A model generated the notes under the pieces. The model worked only from the letters and a program-made list of their open reading frames with translations, was not told the origin of the DNA and made no database searches. The position numbers were made by a program, and so were the translations under genes. A stretch of DNA of 64,000 nt from NCBI RefSeq assembly GCF_052425735.1, contig NC_135761.1, positions 620,001 through 684,000 on the forward strand, given 5' to 3'. Numbering within the stretch: position 1 is the first letter of the stretch; each line of letters begins with the position of its first letter. Shown in pieces: positions 1 through 18,219 of this stretch. Source of the DNA: Oculina patagonica (Eukaryota).

Positions 1-3000
1 CCTAGATTTCTCCAGCTTAGCCTAAAACGGTTCTATAAAGAAATGGTATTTAGTGAGATTTTAGGCTACTTAGGTTCTTAAATAGGTTCTTAATTTGATA
101 GGGGTGCAAGTGATCAGCACAGATAACTACTACAGGGCATTATGTGATATGGAATATATTGCTGTATTTAATAATTATCTAGAATAGGCATACAGTAAAT
201 TTATCTTCCTTAAATACTAGCATGCATGTCTAGACTAAAATTCGTTTTCTGTATTTTCATGTGTGCCTTCATTTTTTGTAAAATAAGAACCTTTAAAAAA
301 ATTTAGGCTAAATCGGTTCTTATGAAAAGAGGATTTAAAATTTAAAATTTTTAGCCTAACAAGTTCTTGAATTTTAGGTTCCTAAATGTGGGTTTTTACT
401 GTAATTCTTTTTAACAAAATGCTCATCATAAACTTCTGTCTCCTACATACAAAATCAGCACAAACACAACAAAAATCACTCCACACTAACAAAATCAATA
501 ATTGTACTGGTGTCACGTTGCCTGTTTGTTTGAATGGTGTGTGCATGTTTACAAAAAAACTTGTATAGAGAAGCTACAAAAAAAACACTAAAGAAAACCC
601 ATTTATGGTAAAGGTTCAATTCAACTCACCCCTCCATCCAATAAGTGCCCCCTTAAAATGTGCTTTTGTTAATAATAAGTGCCCCTATTCTAATAAAGGT
701 CCTCTATACCAATAAGCACTCCCATTATGTGAGTGCCCATATTCCAAACAGTGTCTCTATTCAGTTTCAATTACTATGCCATAAATGTACATTAAGATTA
801 TCCATGGTTATCTTCTTTCTGAACTATTCACATCATTCCAGCATTACAAAAGAACTGGTCTCTCACAAGAAGACCAGTTCTTTTGTAATGCAGGAATAAT
901 GTGAAAAAAGTGTCTCCACTGTAAATTAAAGTGAGAGCATAATTCCTTCAATGAAAGATTTCTCTTTCATTTTACACATTCACTAGTTTAAATAATAAAA
1001 AAGGAAATCAATATGTTCTTCATTCAGCTCCAAAAATGAAGAAGTGTCCTAGGCACTAACTCAAATAATCAAGGTATGCATTGTCACTGTGTGTTGTAAT
1101 ACACCAAAATTTTAGCCAAATGTTACAAAATATCCAATAACAAATAATAACAAAGAGAATACTAACATGATTACAATTTGAAACTACAAATAATTAATTT
1201 AAAGGGTTACTTGTCGTCAATGATAATCAGACTGCTGCTTTGAGGAAGCACAAACACAGCAGGTAGTTACAAAGGAATGACTGATTGTGCATACTAGTAG
1301 CAATAAAAATAATAATAATAATAATAATAATATTAATAATAATAATAATGATAATGATTAGACTTTATTTAACGAGGGTAACATAGTTTACTGGTGACCC
1401 AGTAGTTTATTATATGGTCCTCCCTAATACACATGTACAGTGCATTATTCACATCACCTGATTTACAAAAGACTACATTGTAGATCTCTTGAACTGTAAG
1501 GAAAGTGGTGGTTCAGTGTCATTGTAACAATGTGTGTAGCTGTATTCAGCTGTGAATTTTTTAGAAACAGAAAGATACCAACTCCCGTCACCTTTCAAAA
1601 GGTCTAAAACCATAGCAGAGCAAGTTAAGTGGGTATACTTAAAATTCCAAAGCAGCCAATAGGGTTGTACAATGCTATTTGTTTGCTAAAAAATACATTA
1701 ACAGTAAGAATATTATTACTGACATTCTTTACTTCAACACATTAATTTGCAACTAAAAAATAACTATTGTTGCCATTATGACTCAGAGACTTTATACGTA
1801 CAACTTTCAATTTTGTTTCAAAAGGATTTCATATTACCAGTAGCTTCGCAGTGTAGTATTTCCAGACAGCCAAAGAAAGTATTGCAAAATAATCTTCAGG
1901 GGTTGAAAGGATTGTGGGGAATTCCAGTGATATATCTGCTCTGGCTTACATGAAATATTACTTGTAATGGGTTGTTTACAGTCTATACCTTTATTTAGCA
2001 ATGATCAATTTAGTAATACACTATTTCTCTTTATTTCAAAACTGAACTATTGTAAGTGTAAGTAATGTTTCTCAGTTCTGAAATTAGTTTTGCCTGCTTA
2101 TCGTTGTGACCAATTACATTGTCAATAGTCAGAAAGGACAAAATGAAGGAACAAAATTGCTTGCTTCCACATTATGGTGAAAACTGGACAACAATAGATG
2201 TGTAAGTGTGAAGAGATCCAGCCAAAAGTTGCTAACACTCAAAAGGATTAAACCCACAAAGGGCAGATGTTCTGGAGTCAGTAAAAGGTTTTTAGTACAA
2301 TTAAGTACATTGATGCACTACACAGACTGTTTACTGCTCTGCTGATGATATCAACATTTCCCACTCTTCGGCATTTGTAAGCAACCTTCCATCACGGAAC
2401 AGGAAGGACAAACTTCTTATTGACTTACTATTAAAAGGAGAATGTAGTTAGCATTACAAAGGAATATACTTGAGAAAGATGATGACCTGAATGACCATTA
2501 ATGGGAATCAATAAAAGGCTGCCAGATTGTACAGGTTTTTGTTGAAATGAAAAATGTTAAAACAAAAAAGTGTATATTGGAAGTGTGTTTGCATCTTGAA
2601 GTTAAAGTCAGACAAACTTTTTTTTATAAAACTGCATTAACCATTCACTTCCTAACTAGCCCGGTGTACTCTTTGTGACACAAATCTCAACCTTAATCAC
2701 TGTGAACAACAACTACATTGACATTGCAATGCTCGTTTTTTAATACAAGTAAACATAATTAGGTTTTGAAGCCTGAGAAAAATACATTATAGGAGATTTT
2801 GAGCAATAATGTGGGACTAAATTGACAATCAAATCAGACAACAGTCTGTACCATAGTCTACCACAGACTTTGGAGAAAAAATATTAGATAGGGAACACAG
2901 CAATTTATTAATATTATTTTTACCCACAAACAGTTAGGCAAAACTGGACAAATAACCTTACATGTTGTTGCACAAAAATCCAAGTAAAAGTGAGAGGATT

Positions 3001-5780
3001 ACTTTAAACCCACATGTATGTTAGCTGGCCATAACACATAACAGAATAAATATACAGGTATGTCGAAATTGAAGTGGTTTAACAAAACAGTACTTCATGG
3101 AAGTGTGTTTGCATTTTGTAGCTAAAGTAAGACAGATAATTATTATTATTGTAATAATTATAATAATATTGCTTACAAAATATGATTTCTGCAAACACAA
3201 ATAAAACTTACAAACAATGTACGTACATCATATTGCAGTAGATACTTTCTTATTTATAGATTGAGTAAACAGGCATATCTATAATAATAAAATAATAATA
3301 ACAATAATAATAATAACAATAATAATAATAGCATAAATATATTACTAACAGTTACAAATAGTTAAAGCAGGTAAGAATGCCAGGAATGCCAATATGTGAT
3401 AAAATATGTCAAGATAAGTAATAAAATATTTATAAAGAAAAGCAAGGACATAAAACAATGAAACAATAAAACAGTAATACAACTTATTTAAAAAGAAAGA
3501 TCTGATCTACTGTTTGTTGAGTGTCGGGTTCAGTCGTAAAAACACCTTTAACATAAAGCAATCAGCTTGTTGTCGGATGACCTTGGAGAGTTCCAAACAT
3601 TGTGACACCGTATTACTAATTTTCATCACAAAATCTATTTCAAAGAAATTATTCATCAATATGAATATTATAATAATAATAGTAATAATAATAACAATAA
3701 TTTGTAAAGCAAGTCACTTTTTATAATAATAACAACAATAATAATGATAATAACAATAATAACTTGTATAACATAATTCACCATTCATTTCTTTCTCGAT
3801 GTTACTCACTGAGGACAACAATATTATTCACCTGCTTATAAAAATAAGCAGTTACCTTTTGCAGGATGAGAAACATATGGGGAATTTAGAGCATAAATAA
3901 ACACTCAGTTGACAATCAAATCAGATAGCAGTTTGCAACCTTGCCCTGATGGAAGCAGGGGCCACCACATTTCAACTCCAGACAATTCATGGAATGATTA
4001 TAAATGTTTACAGCCATCGCTTATATCAAAACAGATAATGGTGTTCAATGCAGCTTTCCAAATTAATATTATTTTTGTATTTTAGAATTAATCGTATAAC
4101 ATAAGAGGCAAATTACACAAAAGCAACAAGCAAGCAAGACCAAAACAACAATGAAGATGCAGCAAGATAGAAAAGTGAAATTAGACAAAACAAATTAAAA
4201 CAAACCTATATCATAATAACTTCACTTGAGAATGATTCAAATGAGTTCTCATTTCAGTTTGAAATGCTGTTTTATGTTTACATGTTAGCTATTGAAAGAC
4301 TGATTGTGATACGTTTCTACTTCGACATGAAGCAAACCACGTAATCGTGTGACAACTTACATCAGGGAGAAGGATTTCCCTTTTGAAACGTCACACAGGC
4401 GGCCGATCAGTTGACATTAGAATGCAGATTTTTAGTCAGGGAGCTCGCAATTTGCATTGTAAGCTTGAAAAGAAAACGCTCATTTTCTAATTACATGTTC
4501 CTACACAAATTACATGTACGCCTGAAAATATCAAATACATTGTTAAGCAGACAATGTAACAACAAAAAAAGAAAATCCTCAAATACAGTGAGGGTGTTGC
4601 CGTGATTAACACCTGGACTTCCAAATTTTCAGAACTAACATGAAAGGTATAATCAGTGGAAAGTGAAGTTAATATTTTAAGGATCATGAATTTAATAACA
4701 AAATATTCTGTGTGTTTTTGTAATGATTTTTTGGTCAATCAGTTTCAGAATGCATATTAAAAACTTCACTGTACATGTATGTAATGCTATGTTAGATTGT
4801 GATGTGGAAGATTTACATATAACAAATCAAACAAAACTACAGAGGGTACATGTACATGTATGTACCTTGACACGGGTACATGCAAGTATCTTGATTTAAG
4901 ACTACTGACCCTATAATGTATAAATATGCTGTTTGCCCATAGACTGTGAAGTACTGAACATCATTGTATAAGATTGTTATGTACAGTGTACAATAATTCA
5001 AACAGTACAGTGTATATGTATGCAACTTTGTAATGCATGCTTATATTGAATGACTGGCTGATTTATGAGGTTATATGTAATGTAATGACTAAGGCATTAG
5101 AAGGTTGCATTTCTCACTGTAAATATAGCCACTTAATACTAAAATTAGTTCGCAGGTACTCACACAAATGTTGTGTGTACACCCTTGCCCACAGCTTGGG
5201 TTCACAAAAAAATCCAATTTTCCCAAACTTACCCATGTGTTTACAGCATGCTAGGATATGTGAACATTACCATGCATTTTCATCATGCATGCCATCAGTT
5301 ACAGAGACTGGGTTTCAATGATAAGGTGGAGTATTCTCTGCTCCGTTTAATGTACACATAACAGATGAGATAAATGCTGAGAAGGAAGCTCTTTAGCCTA
5401 GGTTAAATGAAGATAGGAGTTGCCAAGAGTTCTCTCACTTCTTAACACTTCAGTGTGGCTTAACAAGTATAAGAGCACACAAGAGTTGAAAAAACTATGT
5501 TGTGAGTTGATCTCTCACTACTTAACATTTCAGTGTGGCTTAATAAGTATAAGAGCACATAAGAGTTAAAAAAAACTCATGTACAAAAATGTAGTGCACA
5601 AGCAAAAATTCTCAAGAAGGTTCATATTTGATGAGAGCAGCCAAGAGTTGACCACTGAGAGTCTAATGCCCTTCCATTCCCTCCCATTTTTATAAATATT
5701 TGTTTGAATAATTTTTTTCTTTCCTATAAACCCCTTACCATTGTGTTGCTTTATCCCTGCAAGGAGTTTTTGTTCTTTAC

Positions 5781-8465
5781 CTTGTGGAGTCCCATGCAGA
5801 ATGTTGACAGTCACCGAGCGATGCACCTCATGCTGGCTGGTAATCACTATAGCATACAAAACACCACGGCGAGCCACGTCATCTAAAAGCTCCATTATTG
5901 GTTGTGTACCATGGAAGTGGAGTTCTACCACCAATCCTACAGACTTCAGTCTTCTTTGTACCATTTCTGCATAACCTCTGGATGAAAGGAAAAATACAGA
6001 TACTGGGATTAGTTTCTACTGAAACTGTTAGTTCAAAAAGTCAACCCTCCGACTTAAGACCATTTTAGTTGCCATGGCGACTAACATTTTGGGGCTGGCA
6101 ACTAAATTGGAACCAAAGTCGCCAGCCTGGCGACTAAAATTGAGAACAAGGATTGAAAGCGTGAGCTTACATTTGGCGACTAAAAATTCTTCACTGGTGA
6201 CCAAGCTTTAGCAGTCAGTGGCCACTTAAGAAAAAAAAAAAACTTGAGAGGGTTGACAGTGTGATTGTCCAGGTGGGAAAAGATGTTAAAAGAACTGTTG
6301 TTGGTGACTGACATTTCGACAACCTTAGTGGAAGTCATCTTCAGAGTGTGACTCTCGACATCAATTACCAATAACAACAGAAGAAACTCTTTGGCAAAAA
6401 ATGACAAAGGAAAAAAACGTATTTTGGGGCTTGAAATGATAATCACACAAGTAACATGCAACATACAAATGTTTGCAAGATGACTGACAGCTGTGGACAT
6501 TATTGTTTTCACAGCTGCTAATTTAATCGCAGGTTGATTTTGCACACCTGTGAATGTTGAAGGTCATTGTTTTTAAACCAACAACAGCAAAATTGTGTGC
6601 ATGAAACAGCAAAATAATTTGCCTGAATCATAGTCAGTCAGTGTTTCAAATAGAAAATAAAGTCATCAATAATTCATCGAGTAAAAACGAAGGAAATTTT
6701 AACCATGGCCGTAGATTGAATATCTGATCTTAATTATAAACAACTTTCAAACAGATGTTCTACTACCTTCTACAGTGCCCTTAGAATTACATTTGTTATT
6801 TACCTTTGTTGTTTATTCATCACAACTATAACACAGTCAGTAGGTGCCTCTATACTCTTGCTGCTGCTGTATGTCTCATCTGGGCCGTCATACCCCATTC
6901 TTGGCCTCTTAGCGGGACCTGGATATTCATCAGGACGTGGGTAATCACGGCCATCACGTCCTTCCCTACCATATGAATCATAACGATCATAGCGTTCATC
7001 TCTTCTTTCAGGGTATGGACCCCTTGGAGAATCGTATGGATCCCTGCGATCTCTGTCAAATGGTTCTCCTCTGTGCTCAAAGTGCCTTGGATATGGTTCT
7101 CTGTGCGGGGGTTCATCTCTGTATCTCTCTCGCATGTAATAATCGTCATTTCTACCATAAGGACGGTCCTCCATTCTTCGAGGTGGAGATGGGGACCTTC
7201 CACGTCGATCAAAAGGAGGTTCAAACCGTGAGGGGAAACGATCGTAATCTTCGAACCTTGGTCTCTCTCGGGGTGGAGATTTTCTAAATGGTCTGTTTCC
7301 ATCACGATCAAAGTCACGTTCTCTTCTGTTGAAGGGAAATGGTGGTCTGGAGTCTCTGTCACGTGGCCTGTCATCCATTTTTTCCTTTCTTCTATCACCA
7401 GCTAGATTGACATCTACATGTAGGAAAAAAGAAACTATGATCACTGGGTGTGTAATAAATACAACTATTTATAATCCATCAAATATTTTACGCTTGCAAT
7501 TGGTTAAAAAACACATCACATGATCAAGCCAAAACTGGGGAATATTAGATGTATCTCCCAAGTGTTATTCCCCAGTTTACAAAATTTGCGATTTACATTC
7601 CAAGTTAAGTTTTTATTCCAAGTAAATTGACAAATTGAATAGACCTGAACATTTTCAACAGACTTTTGCGACAGAATTACTTTCACGTTTGAAACCTTTG
7701 AAAAAAAGGTCTCTCAAAACTGAATGGTCTTGCATAAAAACATTTGAAGGATAATTAATGAAATAGCCTCCATTTGGCTTCAAAAATATCCACTGATATT
7801 TGTCCTTGGACATCATCTGTTCCTCAAAGTTTAGAGTTTTCCTCGAGCTTTGCTCTCGGAAAACTGTTTGCTTCTCGGAACAGATAATGTCTGCGGACAA
7901 ATATCAGGGCCTATTTCGCCCCAAATGGAGGCTTTTGTTTATATATGCCCACTTATATTATAGCAATACTACAATGTACTATACATTGCAGAGACAAACT
8001 TATAACACAGGAAGAAGGAAATTTACATTATATTAACATAAAGCTGAATGCATTATATTGCCCGCTGAAAGAAAGATTGGCTCTTATGATGGGAAGGCAG
8101 CTCTTCTCAGCTCTGAGCGACTCACCTACTCGTTTCCCATTATAAAATTTGCCATTTTCTTTTGCAACTGCATCGTCTGCTGATTTTTCATCTTCAAATT
8201 GCACAAAGCCGTAGTTATTATGCACAGAACAGCCCACCACTTTGCCGTACTGAGAAAAAATGTCTTCAAGTTCCTTGCGACTCATCTGAAGATTGCCGAT
8301 GAAGACTCGACAACGAAGAGAGTGGGGGTCATCTCTGTTGGTTTCTTTGGGTGGTGTACTATCGCGCCTCCCTGGCTTGCCCCATCTGTCTGGGGATCCC
8401 TTACGACTATCGCGGAATCTGGTGTCTTTCTTATCATTGGGTGCCATTTTTTGATCAGAACTCAT
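5781..8465 (-). CDS. NCOA5: NCOA5/Neosin-like RNA-binding nuclear receptor coactivator, 5' part (coding exons 8465-8126, 7413-6804, 5977-5781; continues beyond left edge)
   Basis: GT-AG splicing keeps the frame: RRM (RVFIGNL...YGFVQF...RV|DVNLAG), R/D/P-rich low-complexity region, then DCVIVVMNKQQ|RGYAEMVQRRL...AIVITSQHEVHRSVTVNILHGTPQ, matching the NCOA5 anticodon-binding-like domain. The expected next exon (EHRNMP-like) was not found in 1-5780. Confidence 0.88.
6306..6347 (-). ncRNA. Degenerate minimal hammerhead ribozyme motif in a Penelope-like repeat fragment (about 6255-6347), NCOA5 intron
   Basis: Minus strand reads ACT-CTGAAGAT-GAC(ttccactaaggtt)GTC-GAAA-T-GTC-AGT: CUGANGA core, 3-bp stem II, GAAA, GUC site and short stem I. 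GAAAC is mutated to GAAAT. Confidence 0.55.
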
Positions 8466-9390
8466 GTTGCTAATACTGGAAACAAAAAAAGAACTAATTA
8501 CCAACAAGACAAACTGTGAAAAATAGAAAATGCTGCACTAGGTCGCAATTGTTTACTTTTCAAATGAACTTTTGGACTTCCTAAGTTAGATGACATAGCT
8601 TTTCAGTTGAATAGACCGAGGGCACAATATTTATTGTGCAATAAAAACACCACCATTCCCAAAAACCTAAAACAGTTTTTTGTCTTTTTGATAGTAGAAC
8701 TTTTTCATTTCCAGCAATCAACCAACAATGGCCTCAAAAAACACCTATCGCAGCAAAATCACCCACTTGAAAGTCCAAAAACATATGTGTACCATATCTC
8801 CTTGAACAGTAGCCAGGGAAGGATTTTTTCAAAAATCCATCCCTGGTTCTCAAGTAAATTCTTAATTTAACATCATGTCTCGGCCAGCCCTTAGTTACCA
8901 CTTTGCACAGTTTTTCACGTAACCAGAAGTGAAATTTAACTCTTTCCACCAGCTAAAATGCAGCGAAGAAAAATTTTCATGCTTTTTTCAAAGTTCACAG
9001 AAGGATACCATGAAGATGATACAAATAAAAATATATATGTTTTAAACACTTTTATATTTTTGATCAAAGGAGTCAAACTTTTTGAGTATGGAATGACTAT
9101 GTTAGCAGTAGGCTACGCTACAATTTGAGGCAATATGTCTTCTTCAATACCGGGAGGAAAAGGAAAAGATGTTTTCAGCTTCTTATATTGCTCTCCGACG
9201 GGTGACACACAAAGGTCGCCACCCACTTCGGTCAAATCTTATTTAAGTCCTTAGTCTAAAACTGTTATTTGTCTTTCTGAAGCATGAAAGCGCGAGCTTT
9301 ATAAAGCAGTGCAGGTGTATCCTACAGCATTTCCCGGATCCCGTATCGCGAAGGAAGCACATGTGGTCTGCAGTGAACTGTCGGCTTTAA

Positions 9391-10410
9391 GGTGGCTCCA
9401 TAGGGTTTTGAGATATTACGGCGCGCGCACAAGTGATACCCATCAAGAGATCATTTTCGCGTTATTTTTTAAACTAGTTACATATAAGCTGCCGAAATAT
9501 TAAAAGCAAAGGCTAAAATATGTTGTGCATTATTCTTTTTTAAAATAAAGGCCTTTGTTTTTTAGCTACATCTACTCAAAAAGTCCTATTTTTTGGTGTT
9601 TTTATGGCTTTGATCTTAAATTTCTTTAATTTTCTTCGGTGAAAATTTTTGAAATTCTCTCAACGGATTGAAACTGATGAGAAGTAACTTTTAAAAACAA
9701 AAAAAGTAGGGGTTGTCCAGGTCGTTTTTGCGTTTTTGGTTATTTTGTGTTTTTTTGACTAAGCAAAAAAACTGGCTTACAAATTTTTTTAAAAAAACGG
9801 CAAAAAGGGCAGTTAAAAAGGTATCACATCTATGCCAAATTTTAAGGAATTTCACCGAAGGAAACTCTAGTAAATACCAGGGGAAATTTTCAATTTTCGC
9901 CCGAATAACAATTACGTCATCAGAATAGAAATTGTCCAAGATCGCTATTTGAGCATGCGCGAACTTTCGAACCATACGAGTTGATGTGTAAAGACGAGCG
10001 TTCCCCGTTGTTGTCGGTTTTTGTGCGAATATCTGTTAACCCAAAGGTTAGTTAGAGACATACCTTAATCCTTTATGTAGCAGAATCTCTGAAATTCTGC
10101 TCGAAGTATCTCACAATCGCGGAGACTATTCTTTATTTTCTCTTTTACTTTCGATCGTACGAACTTTACAAAAGCGGCCAGAAGCACCGCGGACGTTGTA
10201 AACACCTTTTTAGGGTGTTGTAAACTCTTTTATCTGATCCACACAGGAAAGCACGGGTGTTGTTTCATTGGCAGGAAGCAAGTCTCGCGTTTTCTCGCCG
10301 AAAATTTCACGCTCGCGTGAAGCCGCCATGTTTGTTTTGATTTGCCGGCATTTCAAGCTCGCCCTTTCGTACCCATTCTTCGCGCGGTCAAGAAACCCTA
10401 TGGAGCCACC
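9391..10410. mobile_element. Non-autonomous TIR element with TTAA target duplication (Kolobok/piggyBac-type MITE)
   Basis: 18-bp TIR GGTGGCTCCATAGGGTTT / AAACCCTATGGAGCCACC, flanked by TTAA at 9387-9390 and 10411-10414. Confidence 0.85.
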
Positions 10411-10660
10411 TTAATGCAAAGCCGGCCGCACTATTTTAAAACAGAACGTATGAACGTTTCGTTTCTTACATATTTTTAGGAATACGTCTCTGTTTATATA
10501 AGTAGTAAAGAGAAAAAATAAGTCGCCATATCATACGATCCTGTCACGATCTAATGCAATGTGTCAACTTGAAAAGTGGCTTGACGGAAGAGTAATCTCG
10601 AAAGACCACGCGCTCGCTCAAATGTGTGCTAAGTAATACCGGTATTTAGACCATATTTAC

Positions 10661-10850
10661 CTTGGTTCAGCGAACCTTCTGTAACCCGCAAACAGTCTTC
10701 CTTTTGCACTGAATCTCCAGCAAGCGAGAAAACGTTAAAAATACTTGTCAATGCATAGAGAAAGGTAAAAATACTGAGGACACCGCAAGAAGAAGCGAAC
10801 GAAGCGAACTGACTGAGAGGACAACGTGGTTACTATTATGGGATTTTATT
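10661..10850 (-). promoter_or_regulatory. Candidate 5' UTR exon and promoter of the NCOA5-like gene
   Basis: The ATG exon is preceded by an acceptor (AG at 8477-8476), so an upstream non-coding exon is needed. Good minus-strand donor AAG|GTAAAT at 10661/10660 within a CpG-richer stretch. Confidence 0.4.
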
Positions 10851-12131
10851 GTTGGGAAAGACCGCTGCCAGCAAGCCTTTTTTCGGCGCCGGCTACGCCC
10901 CAAAGGGTCTGGGGCCCCATTTCATAAAGAAAGCAAGACTTTTTGTTAAAATCAATCTCTCAGTTTACTGTTGCTGATTTTCACGAAAACAAAAATAGCA
11001 TTTTAACGCAATTTTGTTGAAAAAAATTGCCGGTACCACAAAGCAAAACAAGCCGGACCTGAAGTTACATAGCAGCAGCAAGGAAACACTGAAAAAGATC
11101 AAAGATCAAAGAATACACTCATTAGAGATGTTTCGCATAAGCCCACTCCATACGCTAATGATCCGCTATTAGTGGATTTAGCAGAAATAGCCAGGAGACT
11201 ACCCTTTGCTTTGTTTAAAGGAGGTGAACAGAACTTTGTTGGGCAGATTGTTAAATTGTCGTTTTAAAAAAACAACCTAGCAGTTGAAAACTTATGGCGC
11301 CATCCTATGTGGTTTCTGCCAGTCAACTATCGCACAGAGGCATGTTGTGCAAAAGTAAAGTTGAGTGAACGTAAAAAAGCGAAAGATTCGAGTAAGATTT
11401 TTCATTAAAAGTTAACCGTGATTCCAGTGGGAATATGACAAAGAATTCGGAAATAAAGATGATTTTGTGTGAGGTAACACGAAACATGCATGAGCGCATA
11501 CATAATCACGATTCGCAAGAATTTTTTATCAAAGACTGCGAGTCATGGCCCAGCCGTTAGTTGTTGTTGTTGTTGCTTTTCTTTTTTGCCCGTCGCATTT
11601 CTGCGCAAAATAGAACGGTTTCATTGTTATTGACAGGAAAATGATCGTCTTGAACAAAAACAACGGCTTGTGCATGTTCCTTTGCAATCAAAACTGTAGG
11701 AAAAACTGGTCTCCTGGGTAATTCTACTAAATCCACTAATAGTAGATGATTAGCATATGGAGTGGTCTTATGCGAAACATCTCTATTATACCAAACAGAA
11801 GAATAGGAAAATGAAAGAAAAAATTATTTAACACATACACTTGAGAATAGCAATTCACCACAAAGGAAGCCATAACGATTGCTATTAATGAGCACATTGA
11901 TAAGTGAAGCCCATTATTGTTATACCGTTACGTCGGTCCGAGTGTTTCTTTTCACCTGTTGCACTTTTGTTTCTTTATTTGACAAGAACTGTGCTTTGTG
12001 TATTCAGCTGAAGATTCACGTCTACTCTGTCTCCGACTGGAGAAAACCGATATGCTATAAGGAGGCTGAGATACGCTCTCCGTCCGCCGTCTGAAAGCAA
12101 AACAGTGGTGAATATAATAAAGTGTAATAAA

Positions 12132-12516
12132 AGCTTGGCCAAACGGAGACGCAAGTAGACGCAGTGTTCAACTTGCGTACTCTTGCGTCTCCGTTTGACA
12201 GGACTTGCGTGCACTTGCATCAACTTGCGATGACTTACGTTCACTTTGGTCGAGATCAAATTTGCACGCAATTCAACGCAAGTTTTTCACCGTTTGGCCA
12301 CCCAACGCAAGACAACGCAAATCTTACTGTTTACTTCAAGTACTGACTTGCAGCGCGCGAAGTAACATTGGAATTTGTTTTTTTTTTTTTTTTTTTTTCA
12401 GAACTTGCTTGCACTTGCGAGTAAACTTGCGTCCGTTTGCCTAGCCAACACAAGTCTGTACGCAAGTTCAACCTGCGATTACTTGCGTCCACTTTTCGTT
12501 ACCGTTTGGCCATGGC
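12132..12516. mobile_element. MITE-like element with terminal inverted repeats
   Basis: TGGCCAAACGG at the left end and CCGTTTGGCCA at the right end; internal ACTTGCG repeats. Confidence 0.6.
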
Positions 12517-14693
12517 ATAATAGTTCTTTAAATAGAGGGCAAGCAACCACTGTAACCTTTACAGGTGTTTTTTTTTGTGGAATATAAAAGGAAACTTATC
12601 TCTTACTTTGTTTTGCAGCGAATTGCCGGACATTTCTGGATTCCTCGCGCATTTTATTGGGGAGGGGGTAAGGAGGGGGGGGGGGCATACAATGTAAGCA
12701 ACAGAGGCTCGGCCTTCAGCCTAACATAGCTTTCTGATTTTGAACTTGTCCATAATGTGCATGTACTTATGTAGAAAAAGGCAAGGAGGTTGATGTATCA
12801 ACAAAACACTTGATGTAATACTGAGACTAGTATTTCTTGGAATGATTTTAGAAAGCGTTCGTTCAAGGAGCCCTGCGAGCGGGCTGTGGTCGTGTCAGGG
12901 TCACTGAGGGCTTTTGTTTCATTCAGTACTGTCATGGTGCCTTGTTTAATTTGATTGGAAAGGAGTAATGTTGTTTGATTTTAGTTACGTGTTTTAAAGA
13001 AATCAGGATCAAGAAAACCTATCTAAAAAAAACTAAACAACAGTCTATAAAAAACTAGAACATTAAACTGAGATTAAAGCTGTTTAAACGCCAATAAAAA
13101 AGATATCCGAGTAGTTTTGTTATATAATAATTATACCCGTTCGGAGTAGATATAAAACTAAGTTTCCAATATAAGAAAGCCATAATTAGCATCTCCTACA
13201 TAAAGTACACTGAGATATGAGAATTTGTTTGAAAAGAAAAACCGGAAGTAGGAAAAGATTTAAATAACATTCAATGAATGTAGTTATTATCACAAGTTTC
13301 ATAGGTAGAAAGATAATTGTACTCAGAAAAACTGAGTTACTCTAAAGTTTACTGAACCAACTTTCTTTAATTTTAAAAGGCTTCATAAACCAACTGCGTA
13401 CAAAGTTTTTTTGTTTTTAATTGGTTTCCATAGTGGTCTTAGTGCTGGCATTGTGTTTTTGATATCCGCTCTCAAGGACGTGTCACCGACAATTCTCAAT
13501 AAGACAACATCTCATTTAAGTGATTATTCTCTGCTGACGTAAGTTGTAAAGAAACCAAGCTCGAGAAATAATGAAAACTTTTGTTATGGAGAAGTTTCAG
13601 ACTCTTGCTTTACACAGCAGAAGTAAACATTGAATTTCTTGACTAGACTGACGAAGTGATTTTTTGCGTCAATCAGCAATTTTCGTTTGTTTAAAAGATT
13701 CGTATTGTTTCTTAAACCAACACCAGTGTCGCCTGTTTAAACTATGCCTGGTATTAAAAGTTGTTTTTGCTCAAATAAGTTTCACTCACCATTAACACAA
13801 GCAGCATTTGAAACATCTCCTCTCCTTGTCTGCGAAGAAAGTCGCTTGCCCTCCAAGAAGTTCGCTTTTCAAGCCAGGTATTAAGTCTTTTGATTTTCTT
13901 TTTAATAGAACAAAGTGCATTCTAACTTTTGAACAATAGTATGGTTGGCCCAAGAATTGGCTGAAAAGATATTTAGCTCATTTGATATGTTTACCTTACA
14001 AACAGTAACAAACCTTTAGGACAAAATCCGGCGTGATGCTGGGTTCGGTTATTTTTAATTTCGGTTGATATAAGCTTCATCTCGAATGTTATTTGATTTC
14101 TAAAATTCCTGGGTCATATTACTCGAGACAAGAAATGTTTGCCTCAGTTCTCAAATCAGACTCCATCCAAGGAAGATCTAAGGTCAGCGATGTTTAAATA
14201 AGCGATTTTTATGAACCTCCATCCAGATTTACTATACTCGTATTCACTTTATACGTATTTATCTCTAAATTAATATTGGGTTTGAAATTTCAAGAGCAAG
14301 GTTTTTCTTTTTCAATCCGAGAAGGCTGAAGGGCAAAATCAGATTTGCACGAAAAACGCAATTACTGTACTGCTTGAAGCAAATAAGCATGCGGGCATAG
14401 GCTATTAAAATAAATAATCATTAAAAATCACAAAAATGTAGAACAAAATCAAATATACTATGAATCACTTGCGCTTATTGTTGCCAAGCATTTCTTCACC
14501 AGTTCCCAGTTCGTTGTAACGACAGGAAAATTTCATAAGGATTGATGTCATTTATAACTAAACTGACAGATCAAATGAAGGGCTTAACCTAAAAAATAAT
14601 GACATAAGCTTTTCACTGTTTCGACGACGCTGATATATTTCTAATAAGTGATCTCACTCCTGCTATTTTCTCCTAGTGTTGTCCGTTTGTGAT

Positions 14694-18219
<3,526 letters not shown>

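Noticed and set aside
386-5361. Short ORFs in the left 5 kb
   Set aside because: AT-rich intronic sequence with no domain similarity or consistent splice structure.
6850-7398. Overlapping alternative-frame ORFs in the NCOA5 R/D-rich exon
   Set aside because: Expected by-products of a low-complexity, GC-richer exon; no recognisable domain.
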